DNA of 64,000 nt from a bacterium (GTDB taxonomy: Bacteria > UBA8248 > JACPRG01 > G963555815), in NCBI GenBank assembly GCA_965218795.1, contig OZ244653.1:288001-352000 (forward strand). Direction: 5' to 3'. Position numbers and translations under genes: made by a program. Shown here piece by piece: positions 1 through 8,981 of the stretch. Numbering within the stretch: position 1 is the first letter of the stretch; each line of letters opens with the position of its first letter. The notes beneath the pieces are model-generated. The model did not search any database, was not told the DNA's origin, and worked only from the letters and a program-made list of their open reading frames with translations.

Positions 1-303
1 CATGATGAGCCCCGGATCATCCTCATCTTCAGGGAAGGCGATGGCCACCGCGGCGGAGATGATCCGGCCGGGCTCTTCGCTGGCAATGGTGCCGTAGGCG
101 GTCGGGACCAGCGCCCCGGGGGGGAGGCGGATCGGAGCGACTTCCTGGCATTGAGGGGGAAGGATGCTGCTCATTTTGACGAGATTCGTGTTGCCGATAC
201 AGGCTGACATCAGAGCCGCGTCAAAGGCGTTCAGGTTGGAGACGCCCTCGGCGCGACCAACCGTGATGAAGTACTTCGTCGGGGTGGGAAAAATCACATT
301 CAA
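1..303 (-). CDS. pdaD: Pyruvoyl-dependent arginine decarboxylase (partial, runs off the window start)
   Basis: Not in ORF track. Manual translation: [48 protein letters not shown]...LVPTAYG...ISAAVAIA. The LNAFDAAL and [10 protein letters not shown] (Ser-Ser cleavage) motifs fit PvlArgDC. Start TTG 303 or GTG 297, with GGAG upstream. Confidence 0.9.
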   Translation of the reverse strand, partial: MNVIFPTPTKYFITVGRAEGVSNLNAFDAALMSACIGNTNLVKMSSILPPQCQEVAPIRLPPGALVPTAYGTIASEEPGRIISAAVAIAFPEDEDDPGLIM

Positions 304-317
304 CGCTCCATCCGGTA

Positions 318-716
318 TTATTTCATCGCCAGAGCTTCCGGCTTGTGCCGGAGAACTCCGTCGGAAGGGCTGATTTTGCCCCGCGGAACTTCTTTGCATT
401 CGCAGAAGCCCGCCTTCAGGACAACCCGCAGAAACTCAATGGCGGATTTCGGCGCGACGTTCTTGCCGCAGGTGAAGAAGTCGGCCGCCGCGAACCGATA
501 TTCGGGCCATGTGTGAATGGCAAAGTGGGATTCGGCGATGACCACCACCCCGCTCACCCCGTGAGGATTAAAAAGATGAAAAACGCTGTTGACGATGGTG
601 GCGCCGGACCTGTCGGCGGCGTCCCTCATCGCCTCTTCAAGCAGTCCTACGTTATTGAGGATGTCTTCGTCGCAGTCGGAATACTCGACGAGAAGATGGC
701 TACCAAGAGCATTCAA
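318..716 (-). CDS. speD: S-adenosylmethionine decarboxylase proenzyme (class 1B)
   Basis: GSHLLVEY...[25 protein letters not shown]...DFFTCG. TTG start at 716 preceded by GGAGG. Confidence 0.92.
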   Translation of the reverse strand: MNALGSHLLVEYSDCDEDILNNVGLLEEAMRDAADRSGATIVNSVFHLFNPHGVSGVVVIAESHFAIHTWPEYRFAAADFFTCGKNVAPKSAIEFLRVVLKAGFCECKEVPRGKISPSDGVLRHKPEALAMK

Positions 717-1277
717 TGGTCCGTCCTCCCATCGGGGGATTCCCGCGCTCCGTCGGGTTTTGCCGTATACGACGGCCCGGGTCGGAACGGGAGAGGGAAG
801 ATCATGGACCGCGCGCCCGACCAAGGGCCGCACGGATAAGCCGACACAGAGTACAGCACCGCCGCCGTCATCCGGCAAGAGGCTTGCACCAGCCCCGGCC
901 GATTGGCTGAGATTCACAGAGACCCGCCTGGCCAGCGCGAGCGGGCATCAGGTAACGTCCGATGAGTTTTGTGAATGCCGGCGGAGGAATCCGCTCCGCG
1001 AATACTATTCGATCCGGGCGTGGGGCTTATATCGATCGGGATCAGGTCGGCCGAGCGCCTCTTCGATCCCAGAATCTCCAATGAGCAAGGTTTCTCTCGG
1101 CATCTTGAAACACCCCGCCGCGGATTGGGGAAAAACAACGAATCAAACCGAGCCGGGCATCGACTCGGAGGGACTGTATCGGAAGCGCTTCCAAGCCGCT
1201 CGAATCACTCTTGGCCGGCCCCGAGACCCGGCGATACGACACCCCCAGGGCGCCTCTACTGGAAGCCGGATTTGAAG

Positions 1278-1306
1278 GATATATCCGTGATTCAATGCCC
1301 TGTCAA
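1278..1306 (-). promoter_or_regulatory. Putative sigma70 promoter toward speD-pdaD
   Basis: Minus strand TTGACA-17 nt-TATATC. Confidence 0.4.
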
Positions 1307-1422
1307 GCGCTAATTCGGACGGGGGCGAACTTCGTCGGATTGACACGTTCTTTGGGCCGGTGATAGCTTAGTCAACAAGAGGTTTTCCCGAGCAAATCTT
1401 GTCGGCACAGGAATCGAATTCG

Positions 1423-2322
1423 ATGGGAAGACACCTGGGATTTTTGGCTGAACCTGTCGCCTCCCTTGTTCATCTCGACTGTCAAATCCCTGATTCTCAT
1501 CCTTCTGCCGTAATCCTGGGAACGGAACGGAGCGGGTCGGGAGTGGTCGTGGACCCAGACGGATATGTCGTGACCGTCGGCTACGTCGTGATGGGCGCCG
1601 AGGATCTGAGCGTCGTCTCCAACGACGGTGACCGCCACGAGGCCCGAGTGGTCCATTTGGACCACGAGAGCGGACTCGCCACGGTTCGCGCCGAGGGATT
1701 GCAGGCGCCGGCCGCCGAATTGATGTCTTCGAAAGGCCTCCAGCCCGGGGATTCGGTTGTGCTCCTGGCCAGCAACGGGGAGGAGGCGGTCCGGGGGACG
1801 ACCGGGTTCGTGACGGATCTCGGTCCGTTCGACGCTCACTGGGAATACATGCTGGATCGAGCCATCAAGAGCACCGCGATGAATCCTGGCCTGGGAGGAG
1901 GCGCCTTATTGACGATGGACGGAAAGGTCCGGGGGGTGGTCTCGCTCAATTTGAATCTGATCGGGATTTGCTCCCTGAGCATTCCTGTCGAGTCGTTTCT
2001 TCGAAGCCCGGATCCGTTCCTGGGCCGGGCCAGTGACCGAAGCCGCGTGCACAGGCCTTGGCTGGGGCTCTTTCCCCGGCCGTTGGAGAAGGGGGTCTTG
2101 GTGGCGGGGGTGGTGCCCGGGGGACCGGCGGAAGAGTCCGGAATCGAATCCGGGGATGTCCTCCTCTCCATCAACGGGGAGGAAGTCACGTCAAGGAGAG
2201 AGTTTTACGAGAAACTCTGGCAGGGCCACGCGGGAGATGATGTGACCCTGACGGTGTACAGGGAAAAAAGCCTGGAAACCGTGCGCGTTTCCAGCCGAAG
2301 CCGCGCTGATTTTTACGGCTGA
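1423..2322 (+). CDS. S1C/HtrA-like trypsin-fold protein with PDZ domain, catalytic residues altered
   Basis: GSGVVVDPDGYVVT, MNPGLGGGAL and a C-terminal PDZ (PWLGL...GPAEESGIESGDVLLSING). Confidence 0.85.
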   Translation: MGRHLGFLAEPVASLVHLDCQIPDSHPSAVILGTERSGSGVVVDPDGYVVTVGYVVMGAEDLSVVSNDGDRHEARVVHLDHESGLATVRAEGLQAPAAELMSSKGLQPGDSVVLLASNGEEAVRGTTGFVTDLGPFDAHWEYMLDRAIKSTAMNPGLGGGALLTMDGKVRGVVSLNLNLIGICSLSIPVESFLRSPDPFLGRASDRSRVHRPWLGLFPRPLEKGVLVAGVVPGGPAEESGIESGDVLLSINGEEVTSRREFYEKLWQGHAGDDVTLTVYREKSLETVRVSSRSRADFYG

Positions 2323-2395
2323 GCCTCGATGGTGCGCTGAACCCGGCAGCGCCAACCACGTTTCCGGCCAGCAGAACCCCACTCCTCCTCCTGAA

Positions 2396-3424
2396 TCAGA
2401 AGGGTGCTGGTTTCGCTGGAACATCCGGGACAAACCGATTGGTGAAGAAACTCCCGGGTTGGAACTCCCGGGTCAGTTGACGCCCCCGAATGAGCAACGA
2501 TTGAAGCATCCCCACGCGGGCTTCTTCCAGAAATCCCAGTCCCGGGTGCTTCAGGCTTTCAGGCGACCAGCTCTTGAGATAAACGCGCCATTCGGCCGCT
2601 GCTCCTTCCGGCCGGTAGCGCGGAAAGGTTCTCAGAAACAGGTCGACGGCTTCGGCAGGGTGTTCCATGGCTCCGGCGATCCCGCGAATCGTGGCGCCCA
2701 CCATGCCTCGAACCACCTCCGCATTCTCCTCAATCATTCGCAGCGGTGTGATCAGACAGAGACTATAAATGTCGACGCCTTCGGAAATGTAGGGGAACGA
2801 CACAACGTTCAGGTTTTTGCGTTTCGCCGCTCGCTCATAGCGCCACCGCGAGGTCTCAGTGGTGACAACGGCGTCCGCCTTCCTGTCGAGGAGGGCGACG
2901 ATTCCGTCTCGGGGGGGGATGTTCTTCCACCGAAGGGATTGGAGAGAGAGGCCCGCGCGCTGGGCGAAAGCCGGAAACAGAATTCGGGAAAAAGAGGAGA
3001 TGGGGCCCGCCAGCCTTTTCCCTTTGAATTCCGCCGGCTTTCGAGCCCCCGATCGCTCCAGGGCGATGAGCATGCCGGGGAATCTCTCCATCAGCAAGGC
3101 GACGGCGTACACATCCAATCCCTGCGTCCGCGCTTCGATCACAGCGGCCAGCTCGCCGACGGCAAATGCCTCTTGACGCTTGAGCGCCGCGCGGACCGAA
3201 TGGCCCGACCCCCTGCCGCGCTCGATGGTGACAAGCAGCCCGGCCCGGGCGTAAAAGCCCTTGCGCTGCGTGTAGATGATACCGGCATGAAGACCGTTGG
3301 GCGGTGAATTGAGAATCAGGGTGACGTTCTTCGCCGCCAAGACGGCGTCGGGAGACGCCCCCAGGGCGAGGGGGAGAAGGAACAACCAGGAGCACAGGGT
3401 CCGGGACCCGGCGCCAAGGGTCAT
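2396..3424 (-). CDS. ABC transporter substrate-binding protein, NMT1/THI5/SsuA-like
   Basis: Signal peptide, GFYARAGLLVTIERGRGS, EFKGKRLAG, FTNRFVP. Overlaps the upstream ATPase stop. Confidence 0.85.
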   Translation of the reverse strand: MTLGAGSRTLCSWLFLLPLALGASPDAVLAAKNVTLILNSPPNGLHAGIIYTQRKGFYARAGLLVTIERGRGSGHSVRAALKRQEAFAVGELAAVIEARTQGLDVYAVALLMERFPGMLIALERSGARKPAEFKGKRLAGPISSFSRILFPAFAQRAGLSLQSLRWKNIPPRDGIVALLDRKADAVVTTETSRWRYERAAKRKNLNVVSFPYISEGVDIYSLCLITPLRMIEENAEVVRGMVGATIRGIAGAMEHPAEAVDLFLRTFPRYRPEGAAAEWRVYLKSWSPESLKHPGLGFLEEARVGMLQSLLIRGRQLTREFQPGSFFTNRFVPDVPAKPAPF

Positions 3425-4206
3425 ACTCTGACCAGACCGATTCGTTCCTGAATCTCTCGCACGTACTCGAGAAATTTCGGCTCCAGGCGGTGGTCCGCAT
3501 TCCGGGGACGCGGAAGCGTGATATCGATGATCTTGTTCACCTTGCCCGGGCGGGGGGTCATGACGACGACGCGATCCGCCAGGAAGACGGCCTCACTGAT
3601 GCTGTGAGTGATGAGGAGACAGGTCTTCTTGGTTTCCTGCCAGATTCGCAACAACTCCAGGTTCATGGCCTCGCGGGTAAGGGCATCGAGGGCGCCGAAG
3701 GGCTCGTCCATCAGGAGAAGCGGCGGATTGTGGATCAACGCCCGGCTGATGGATACGCGCTGCTGCATGCCGCCCGAGAGCTCCTTCGGGTACTTGGTTT
3801 CGAACCCCTCCAGGCCGGTCACTTTGATCAGTTCCATGGCGCGCTTTGAGTACTCGTCATCGTCTAATCCGAGGATTTCCACGGGGAGCATGACGTTGTC
3901 GAACACGTTTCGCCATTTCGGAAGGACCGGCGCCTGGAAGACCATCCCGACGTCGGACAGGGGGCCCGTCACGTCGTGACCGTTGACCTGCATCATTCCA
4001 GCGGTCTTTGGAAGAAGACCCGATATGATCTTGAGCAGGGTGGTCTTCCCGCAGCCGCTTTGGCCGACGACGGTGACGAATTCCTCGTCCTCTACGTGCA
4101 GGTCGACGTTGTCCAGCGCGTGGACGTCGCCGTTCTTCGTGACATAAGTCTTATCGAGGTTCTTGATTTCAATAACCGTTTTCCGGCTCACCGCAAACAC
4201 CTCCAC
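3421..4206 (-). CDS. ABC transporter ATP-binding protein, NitT/TauT family
   Basis: Walker A GQSGCGKT, signature LSGGMQQR, Walker B LLMDEPFGALD. Confidence 0.95.
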   Translation of the reverse strand: MEVFAVSRKTVIEIKNLDKTYVTKNGDVHALDNVDLHVEDEEFVTVVGQSGCGKTTLLKIISGLLPKTAGMMQVNGHDVTGPLSDVGMVFQAPVLPKWRNVFDNVMLPVEILGLDDDEYSKRAMELIKVTGLEGFETKYPKELSGGMQQRVSISRALIHNPPLLLMDEPFGALDALTREAMNLELLRIWQETKKTCLLITHSISEAVFLADRVVVMTPRPGKVNKIIDITLPRPRNADHRLEPKFLEYVREIQERIGLVRV

Positions 4207-4297
4207 CCGAGAGCAAGGAAATCATCGACCAGACAAACGGCCGCTTGCGATCCGTTGTCGCAGGAGTCACACGTACCTCTACGCCTTGATAGGTGAG

Positions 4298-4327
4298 AAA
4301 CTACCATCGCCGTGAATAGACTGTCAA
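4298..4327 (-). promoter_or_regulatory. Putative sigma70 promoter for the ABC genes
   Basis: Minus strand TTGACA-18 nt-TAGTTT with TG just upstream of the -10. Confidence 0.5.
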
Positions 4328-4388
4328 GGAAATTGACCATTGAGTTTTTCCGGTCCCGGCAATTCCACGAGCCGCGCGGTTTCGCTCC

Positions 4389-4417
4389 TTGACACCTCTA
4401 TGGCCTTTTGCTAGAAA
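4389..4417 (+). promoter_or_regulatory. Putative sigma70 promoter for ilvC
   Basis: TTGACA-17 nt-TAGAAA with an extended TG. Confidence 0.5.
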
Positions 4418-4459
4418 ACCACATCTCTTCGAAGACCCGACAAGAAGGGTGACTGGATC

Positions 4460-4506
4460 CGCCTGGCCTGGGACTGCAACCATAAGAGGCCGGGCGCTTT
4501 TTCTTT
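4460..4506 (+). terminator. Terminator-like hairpin in the ilvC leader
   Basis: CGCCTGGCCT/AGGCCGGGCG stem (10 bp, one G-U pair), 17-nt loop, then CTTTTTCTTT. Confidence 0.45.
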
Positions 4507-4577
4507 GCGGTCCAATCCCGGCGCCTGAGCGAAGGAGCCGCGGGACGCGGCCCGAAATCCGAGAGGGAGAGTGGAAG

Positions 4578-5576
4578 ATGAAGGTTTTGTACGAAGAGGA
4601 TTGTGACCTGAATCTTTTGAAAGATAAAACCGTGGCCGTCATCGGGTACGGCAGCCAGGGACACGCGCACGCGCTCAACCTGGCGGACAGCGGCGTCCAG
4701 GTGGTCATCGGGCTTCGCGAAGGATCGAAATCCTGGGAGAAGGCCCAGTCCGACGGCCTCGAGGTCATGACGTCGGCCGATGCGGCCGAGGCGGGCGATC
4801 TGGTCGCCATCCTCACACAGGAACACGTGCAGAAGGACCTCTGGGAAAATGACATCGGTCCGAACATGAAAAAGGGCGATGCCCTTGTGGTGGCCCATGG
4901 TTTCAATATCCTCTACGGGCAGGTGATTCCGGGGCCTGAAATCGACATCATCATGATGGCTCCCAAGAGCCCGGGCCACATTTTCCGGCGGATGTTCACG
5001 CAGGGAAGGGGCGTGCCGGGACTTTTGGCCGTACAACAGGACGCAACGGGCAACGCCCGGGACCTCTGCCTGGCCTATGGCAAGGGGATTGGATGCGCGC
5101 GGGCGGGAATCATCGAAACCACGTTCAAGGACGAGACCGAGAGCGATCTGTTCGGCGAACAGGCCATCCTGTGCGGAGGCGTCACTGCGCTCATTCACGC
5201 CTCCTTCGACACATTGATCGAGGCCGGATACGCTCCGGAAATCGCCTACTTTGAATGTCTGAACGAGCTCAAGCTGATTGTTGACTTGATCTTCGAAGGC
5301 GGCATTCAGCTCATGCGCTACTCGGTTTCCGATACCGCCCAGTACGGTGATTTGACCCGGGGCCCCCGCATCATCGATGAGCATGTCCGCGAGAAGATGC
5401 GGGAGATCCTCCGTGAGATTCAGACCGGACAGTTCGCGCGCGAGTGGATCCTCGAGAACCAATCGGGCCGCCCGGTCTTCTACCGTCGGAATGACGAGGA
5501 CAATTCGCTCCTCATCGAGAAGGTTGGGGAGGAACTCCGTTCCATGATGAGCTGGACCAAAGAGCTGAACGGCTGA
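4578..5576 (+). CDS. ilvC: Ketol-acid reductoisomerase
   Basis: [45 protein letters not shown]. Confidence 0.97.
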   Translation: MKVLYEEDCDLNLLKDKTVAVIGYGSQGHAHALNLADSGVQVVIGLREGSKSWEKAQSDGLEVMTSADAAEAGDLVAILTQEHVQKDLWENDIGPNMKKGDALVVAHGFNILYGQVIPGPEIDIIMMAPKSPGHIFRRMFTQGRGVPGLLAVQQDATGNARDLCLAYGKGIGCARAGIIETTFKDETESDLFGEQAILCGGVTALIHASFDTLIEAGYAPEIAYFECLNELKLIVDLIFEGGIQLMRYSVSDTAQYGDLTRGPRIIDEHVREKMREILREIQTGQFAREWILENQSGRPVFYRRNDEDNSLLIEKVGEELRSMMSWTKELNG

Positions 5577-5585
5577 CGGAGGCTA

Positions 5586-5614
5586 TTGACACCCCTGGCG
5601 AGAGGGAATAACTT
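5586..5614 (+). promoter_or_regulatory. Putative sigma70 promoter for the ccm operon
   Basis: TTGACA-17 nt-TAACTT. Confidence 0.5.
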
Positions 5615-5851
5615 CAAACTCGGACTGTTCGCCGGGCTCCGGTCTCCGGCGTACGAATATCCCGGATCGAGACGGTTGTCCGTCGAGAGTCGGGGAATAT
5701 GTCCGTCCCCGGCAAGGTTGGCATCGAGTGAAAGACGATGCGGCATCGGCGTTCCTGCCGGATTTTGATTGATGACCGGGGGGGAGGGATTTGCCGTCTT
5801 CAGGGATGAGGGCGGTGTGCAGGTTTCGGGGGATCAATCGGAGGCGCTGCA

Positions 5852-6277
5852 TTGAGCCGGAAGCAACTTCAGTTCGTCGGCGGCGGAATCGTTATCTTCG
5901 GGGCCATCGTCTACCTCTCCATCACCGGCATGTCCCAGGGAATGAGCTACTTTCATGAAGTCCATGAGATCAAGGCGCGCGCCCAGGAATTGTACGGCAA
6001 GGGGCTTCGCGTGTCGGGCAATGTCCAGCCGGGCAGCATCCGGAAGACGGCCGATCACAGGGTGTATGATTTCCAGGTGACGGACGGCAAGGCTTCGCTG
6101 CCCATCCATTTCGAAGGGATCGTACCGGACCTGTTCAAGGACGGCGCCGAGGTGATCGTCGAAGGGAAATTTCGAAAGGATGGGGTTCTCGTGGCCAACA
6201 ACGTCATGACGGCCTGCCCTTCCAAGTATGAAGCCGAGGCCAAGGCCGAGTACGGGTCCAAATCCAAGATGAATTAA
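5852..6277 (+). CDS. ccmE: Heme chaperone CcmE, CxxxY type
   Basis: N-terminal TM, LRVSGNV, GIVPDLFKDGAEVIVEG, C-terminal CPSKY. Confidence 0.93.
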   Translation: MSRKQLQFVGGGIVIFGAIVYLSITGMSQGMSYFHEVHEIKARAQELYGKGLRVSGNVQPGSIRKTADHRVYDFQVTDGKASLPIHFEGIVPDLFKDGAEVIVEGKFRKDGVLVANNVMTACPSKYEAEAKAEYGSKSKMN

Positions 6278-6345
6278 GTCACCCCGCGTCCGTTCGATGG
6301 GCTGGGGGGATGACATCCGGCGCTGTCGAGTCGAGCACTTCCTGA

Positions 6346-8349
6346 ATGGGCGATATCGGCTTTTATGCCATTTGGCTGGGCGGGGCCCTGGCCGTTTACT
6401 CCATGATCGCCTCCTTCGCCGGGGGACGGCTGGTGCGTCCTCATTGGGTGGAGAGCGCGAGGAACGGGGTGTACGCCCAGGCCGGGGTCACCAGTATCGC
6501 CGTCCTTTGCATTGAAGTCGGCCTGCTCACCGATGATTTCAGTCTGAACGCCGTCGCGGCCACCAGCAGCCGCAGTCTCCCGTTGTTTTACAAGGTGACT
6601 TCCTTTTGGGGCGGACAGGCCGGCTCTCTCCTGTTTTGGGCTTGGCTCCTCTCCATGTACTCGGCCGTCGCCCTGTACTCCAACCGAAACCGCAACCGGG
6701 AGATCATTCCGTACGTCATCACGACTCTTTCCGCAACGTCGGCCTTTTTCTTCATTCTCCTCACATGTTTCGATAATCCCTTCTCACGCATTTTTCCGGT
6801 CCCGGTCGACGGCCGCGGGCTGAATCCCGTCCTGCAGGACCCCGGCATGGCCTTTCATCCGCCCAACCTGTACCTGGGTTACGTGGGCTGGGCCGTTCCG
6901 TTCGCCTTCGCCATCGGGGCCTTGGTGACGGGCCGCTTGGGGGACGAATGGATCCGGTCCACGCGCCGCTGGTCGCTCATTGCCTGGTGCTTCCTGGGAA
7001 TCGGCAACCTTTTGGGGTCCTGGTGGGCCTATCGCGAGCTGGGTTGGGGCGGATACTGGGGTTGGGACCCGGTCGAGAACGCGGCCATCCTCCCGTGGAT
7101 CACCGGGACGGCCTTCCTTCACTCGGTCATGATTCAGGAAAAGAAGGGAATGCTGAAGGTCTGGAACCTGGTTCTCGTGATCATGACCTTCACGCTGACG
7201 ATTTTCGGCACGTTCATCGTGCGAAGCGGTGTCATCTCCAGCGTGCACGCTTTTGCGCAATCGTCGCTGGGCTATTACTTTGCGGTGTTCCTGGGGCTGG
7301 TGATCGTGTCCAGTCTGGGTCTTTTGTTCTGGCGGCTGGACAAACTGCAGTCCCCGAATCAATTGGAGTCTATGCTTTCCCGGGAGAGCGCCTTCCTGCT
7401 CAATAACCTGATTCTGGTCGGAGCGGCGTTTTCCATCTGGTGGGGAACGGTGTTCCCCCTGGTCTCCGAAGCGGTCACCGGGACGCGAATCACCATCGGC
7501 CCGCCATTTTTCAATCGGGTCAATGTCCCCATTGGTCTCGCCATCATCCTTCTCACCGGGATCGGCCCCCTGATCGCTTGGAGGCGGGCCTCGCCCTCGC
7601 AACTGAAAAAGCACTTCCTGATGCCGCTGGCCATCGGCTTCGGCACGGGCATCGTCCTGTTCGCCTTGGGCATGAGAAACTTCTACGGGCTGCTCTCCTT
7701 CAGTCTGGTCGCCTTTGTTCTCCTGAGCATTTTGGATGAATTTTTCCGGGGAACGCGGGCCCGGCAGCGGATCGCCGAGGAATCCGCGCCTGTGGCCTTG
7801 GTCAATCTCACCCGCCGGAACCCCCGGCGTTACGGCGGGTATGTCGTCCACCTCGGGATGATGGCTATCTTCGCCGGGATCACCGGGTCTTCGGCCTTCC
7901 AGACTCAGGTGGAATCGACCCTCAAGCCCGGCGAGGTGACGCAGGTGAAGGATTATTGGGTCCAGTTCGAGCGTATTGGCTCTCGCGAGGACGCCCACCT
8001 GCGGGCCCAGTCGGCAGACTTGCGGGTTCGTCAAGCCGGGCGGGAGATCGTCATGCTTCACCCCGAGCGGCGGTTGTACCGGAATCCCGAACAGCCCACG
8101 ACAGAGGTGGCCATTCGGTCGACCCTGACCGAAGATCTGTACGTCATCCTGGCGGGGGTGAACGAAAACGGGTCTGCAACCTTCCGGTTCTACGTCAACC
8201 CCCTGGTTTCGTGGATATGGATCGGTGGAGTCATTTTCGTCCTGGGTGCGCTCATCTGCCTGTGGTATGAGCCCTATGAAAAAAGGGCCCGGCCTGCGCC
8301 GTCCGGCCGCACAGTGGAGACTGAGGCCCGGGCCCCGGCGGGCTCATAG
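6346..8349 (+). CDS. ccmF: Cytochrome c heme lyase CcmF
   Basis: WGGQAGSLLFW, GLNPVLQ, HPP, WGGYWGWDPVEN, SVHAFA. Confidence 0.97.
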   Translation: MGDIGFYAIWLGGALAVYSMIASFAGGRLVRPHWVESARNGVYAQAGVTSIAVLCIEVGLLTDDFSLNAVAATSSRSLPLFYKVTSFWGGQAGSLLFWAWLLSMYSAVALYSNRNRNREIIPYVITTLSATSAFFFILLTCFDNPFSRIFPVPVDGRGLNPVLQDPGMAFHPPNLYLGYVGWAVPFAFAIGALVTGRLGDEWIRSTRRWSLIAWCFLGIGNLLGSWWAYRELGWGGYWGWDPVENAAILPWITGTAFLHSVMIQEKKGMLKVWNLVLVIMTFTLTIFGTFIVRSGVISSVHAFAQSSLGYYFAVFLGLVIVSSLGLLFWRLDKLQSPNQLESMLSRESAFLLNNLILVGAAFSIWWGTVFPLVSEAVTGTRITIGPPFFNRVNVPIGLAIILLTGIGPLIAWRRASPSQLKKHFLMPLAIGFGTGIVLFALGMRNFYGLLSFSLVAFVLLSILDEFFRGTRARQRIAEESAPVALVNLTRRNPRRYGGYVVHLGMMAIFAGITGSSAFQTQVESTLKPGEVTQVKDYWVQFERIGSREDAHLRAQSADLRVRQAGREIVMLHPERRLYRNPEQPTTEVAIRSTLTEDLYVILAGVNENGSATFRFYVNPLVSWIWIGGVIFVLGALICLWYEPYEKRARPAPSGRTVETEARAPAGS

Positions 8350-8387
8350 CCCCGTATCCGGCGACCTCGGAGAGGTTTGCGCTTGCC

Positions 8388-8921
8388 ATGAGTTATTGGG
8401 TGATCGGTCTCATGACGGTATGTGCGGTGGCGGCCGTCGTCGTCCCCTATCTGCGGTCGCGCGAAGGGAGCGGGCCAAAGGACGTCCAATGGCGTCTGAA
8501 GGAATTGCTGGCGGCCAAGGATACGATTTACGCTACCCTGAAAGAGCTGGATTTCGACAGGGTTGCAGGGAAGCTCTCCGAGGCCGATTTCCGCCAGTTG
8601 GAATCCCAGTACCGAGACCGGGCGATTGAGGTCTTGCGGGACATCGATCGTCTGAAAGACCCGGCGGAAGGGGCCCCGGAGCTGGATGACGACTTGGCAG
8701 AGGCTCTCGAACGGGAGATCCTGGTTTTGCGGACGGCGACGCGGGCTGGCTTGTCCTCGCCGGATTCGCCCCAGGACCTTGAGGAGGGGGGTGATCCGCC
8801 CGCGCGGAAGGACAAGGATGCGCCGCCGGAGCCTCGGTTTTGCAGTCAGTGCGGGGTTCCCGTAAGCTCAACGAATAATTTCTGCTCTTCCTGCGGTGCC
8901 CGATTGCGCAGGGACGGCTGA
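8388..8921 (+). CDS. Membrane-anchored protein with CcmI-N-like helical segment and C-terminal zinc ribbon
   Basis: N-terminal TM, LKELDFDRVAGKLSEADF, FCSQCG...FCSSCG. Confidence 0.75.
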   Translation: MSYWVIGLMTVCAVAAVVVPYLRSREGSGPKDVQWRLKELLAAKDTIYATLKELDFDRVAGKLSEADFRQLESQYRDRAIEVLRDIDRLKDPAEGAPELDDDLAEALEREILVLRTATRAGLSSPDSPQDLEEGGDPPARKDKDAPPEPRFCSQCGVPVSSTNNFCSSCGARLRRDG

Positions 8922-8981
8922 CCTCACCCTCTCGCGAATCCCCCATCCGGACGCCCATTCTTGATCCAGTTCAATCCGTTG

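Noticed and set aside
912-976. Hammerhead ribozyme or purine riboswitch at the three-way junction
   Set aside because: The CUGAnGA/GAAA core and the purine riboswitch junction nucleotides are absent.
1165-1200. SAM-I riboswitch suggested by GGAGGGACTG near speD
   Set aside because: It is on the wrong strand for speD and lacks the AUCxAGAG and GCAACC elements.
4449-4472. ZMP/ZTP riboswitch suggested by GTGACTGG and CCGCCTGG
   Set aside because: The elements are only 2 nt apart, leaving no room for the intervening stems and linker.
6784-8061. Long antisense or alternate-frame ORFs (e.g. 6784-8061, 36210-37712, 41101-42468, 61959-63173)
   Set aside because: They shadow well-supported genes in GC-rich DNA and show no recognisable motifs.
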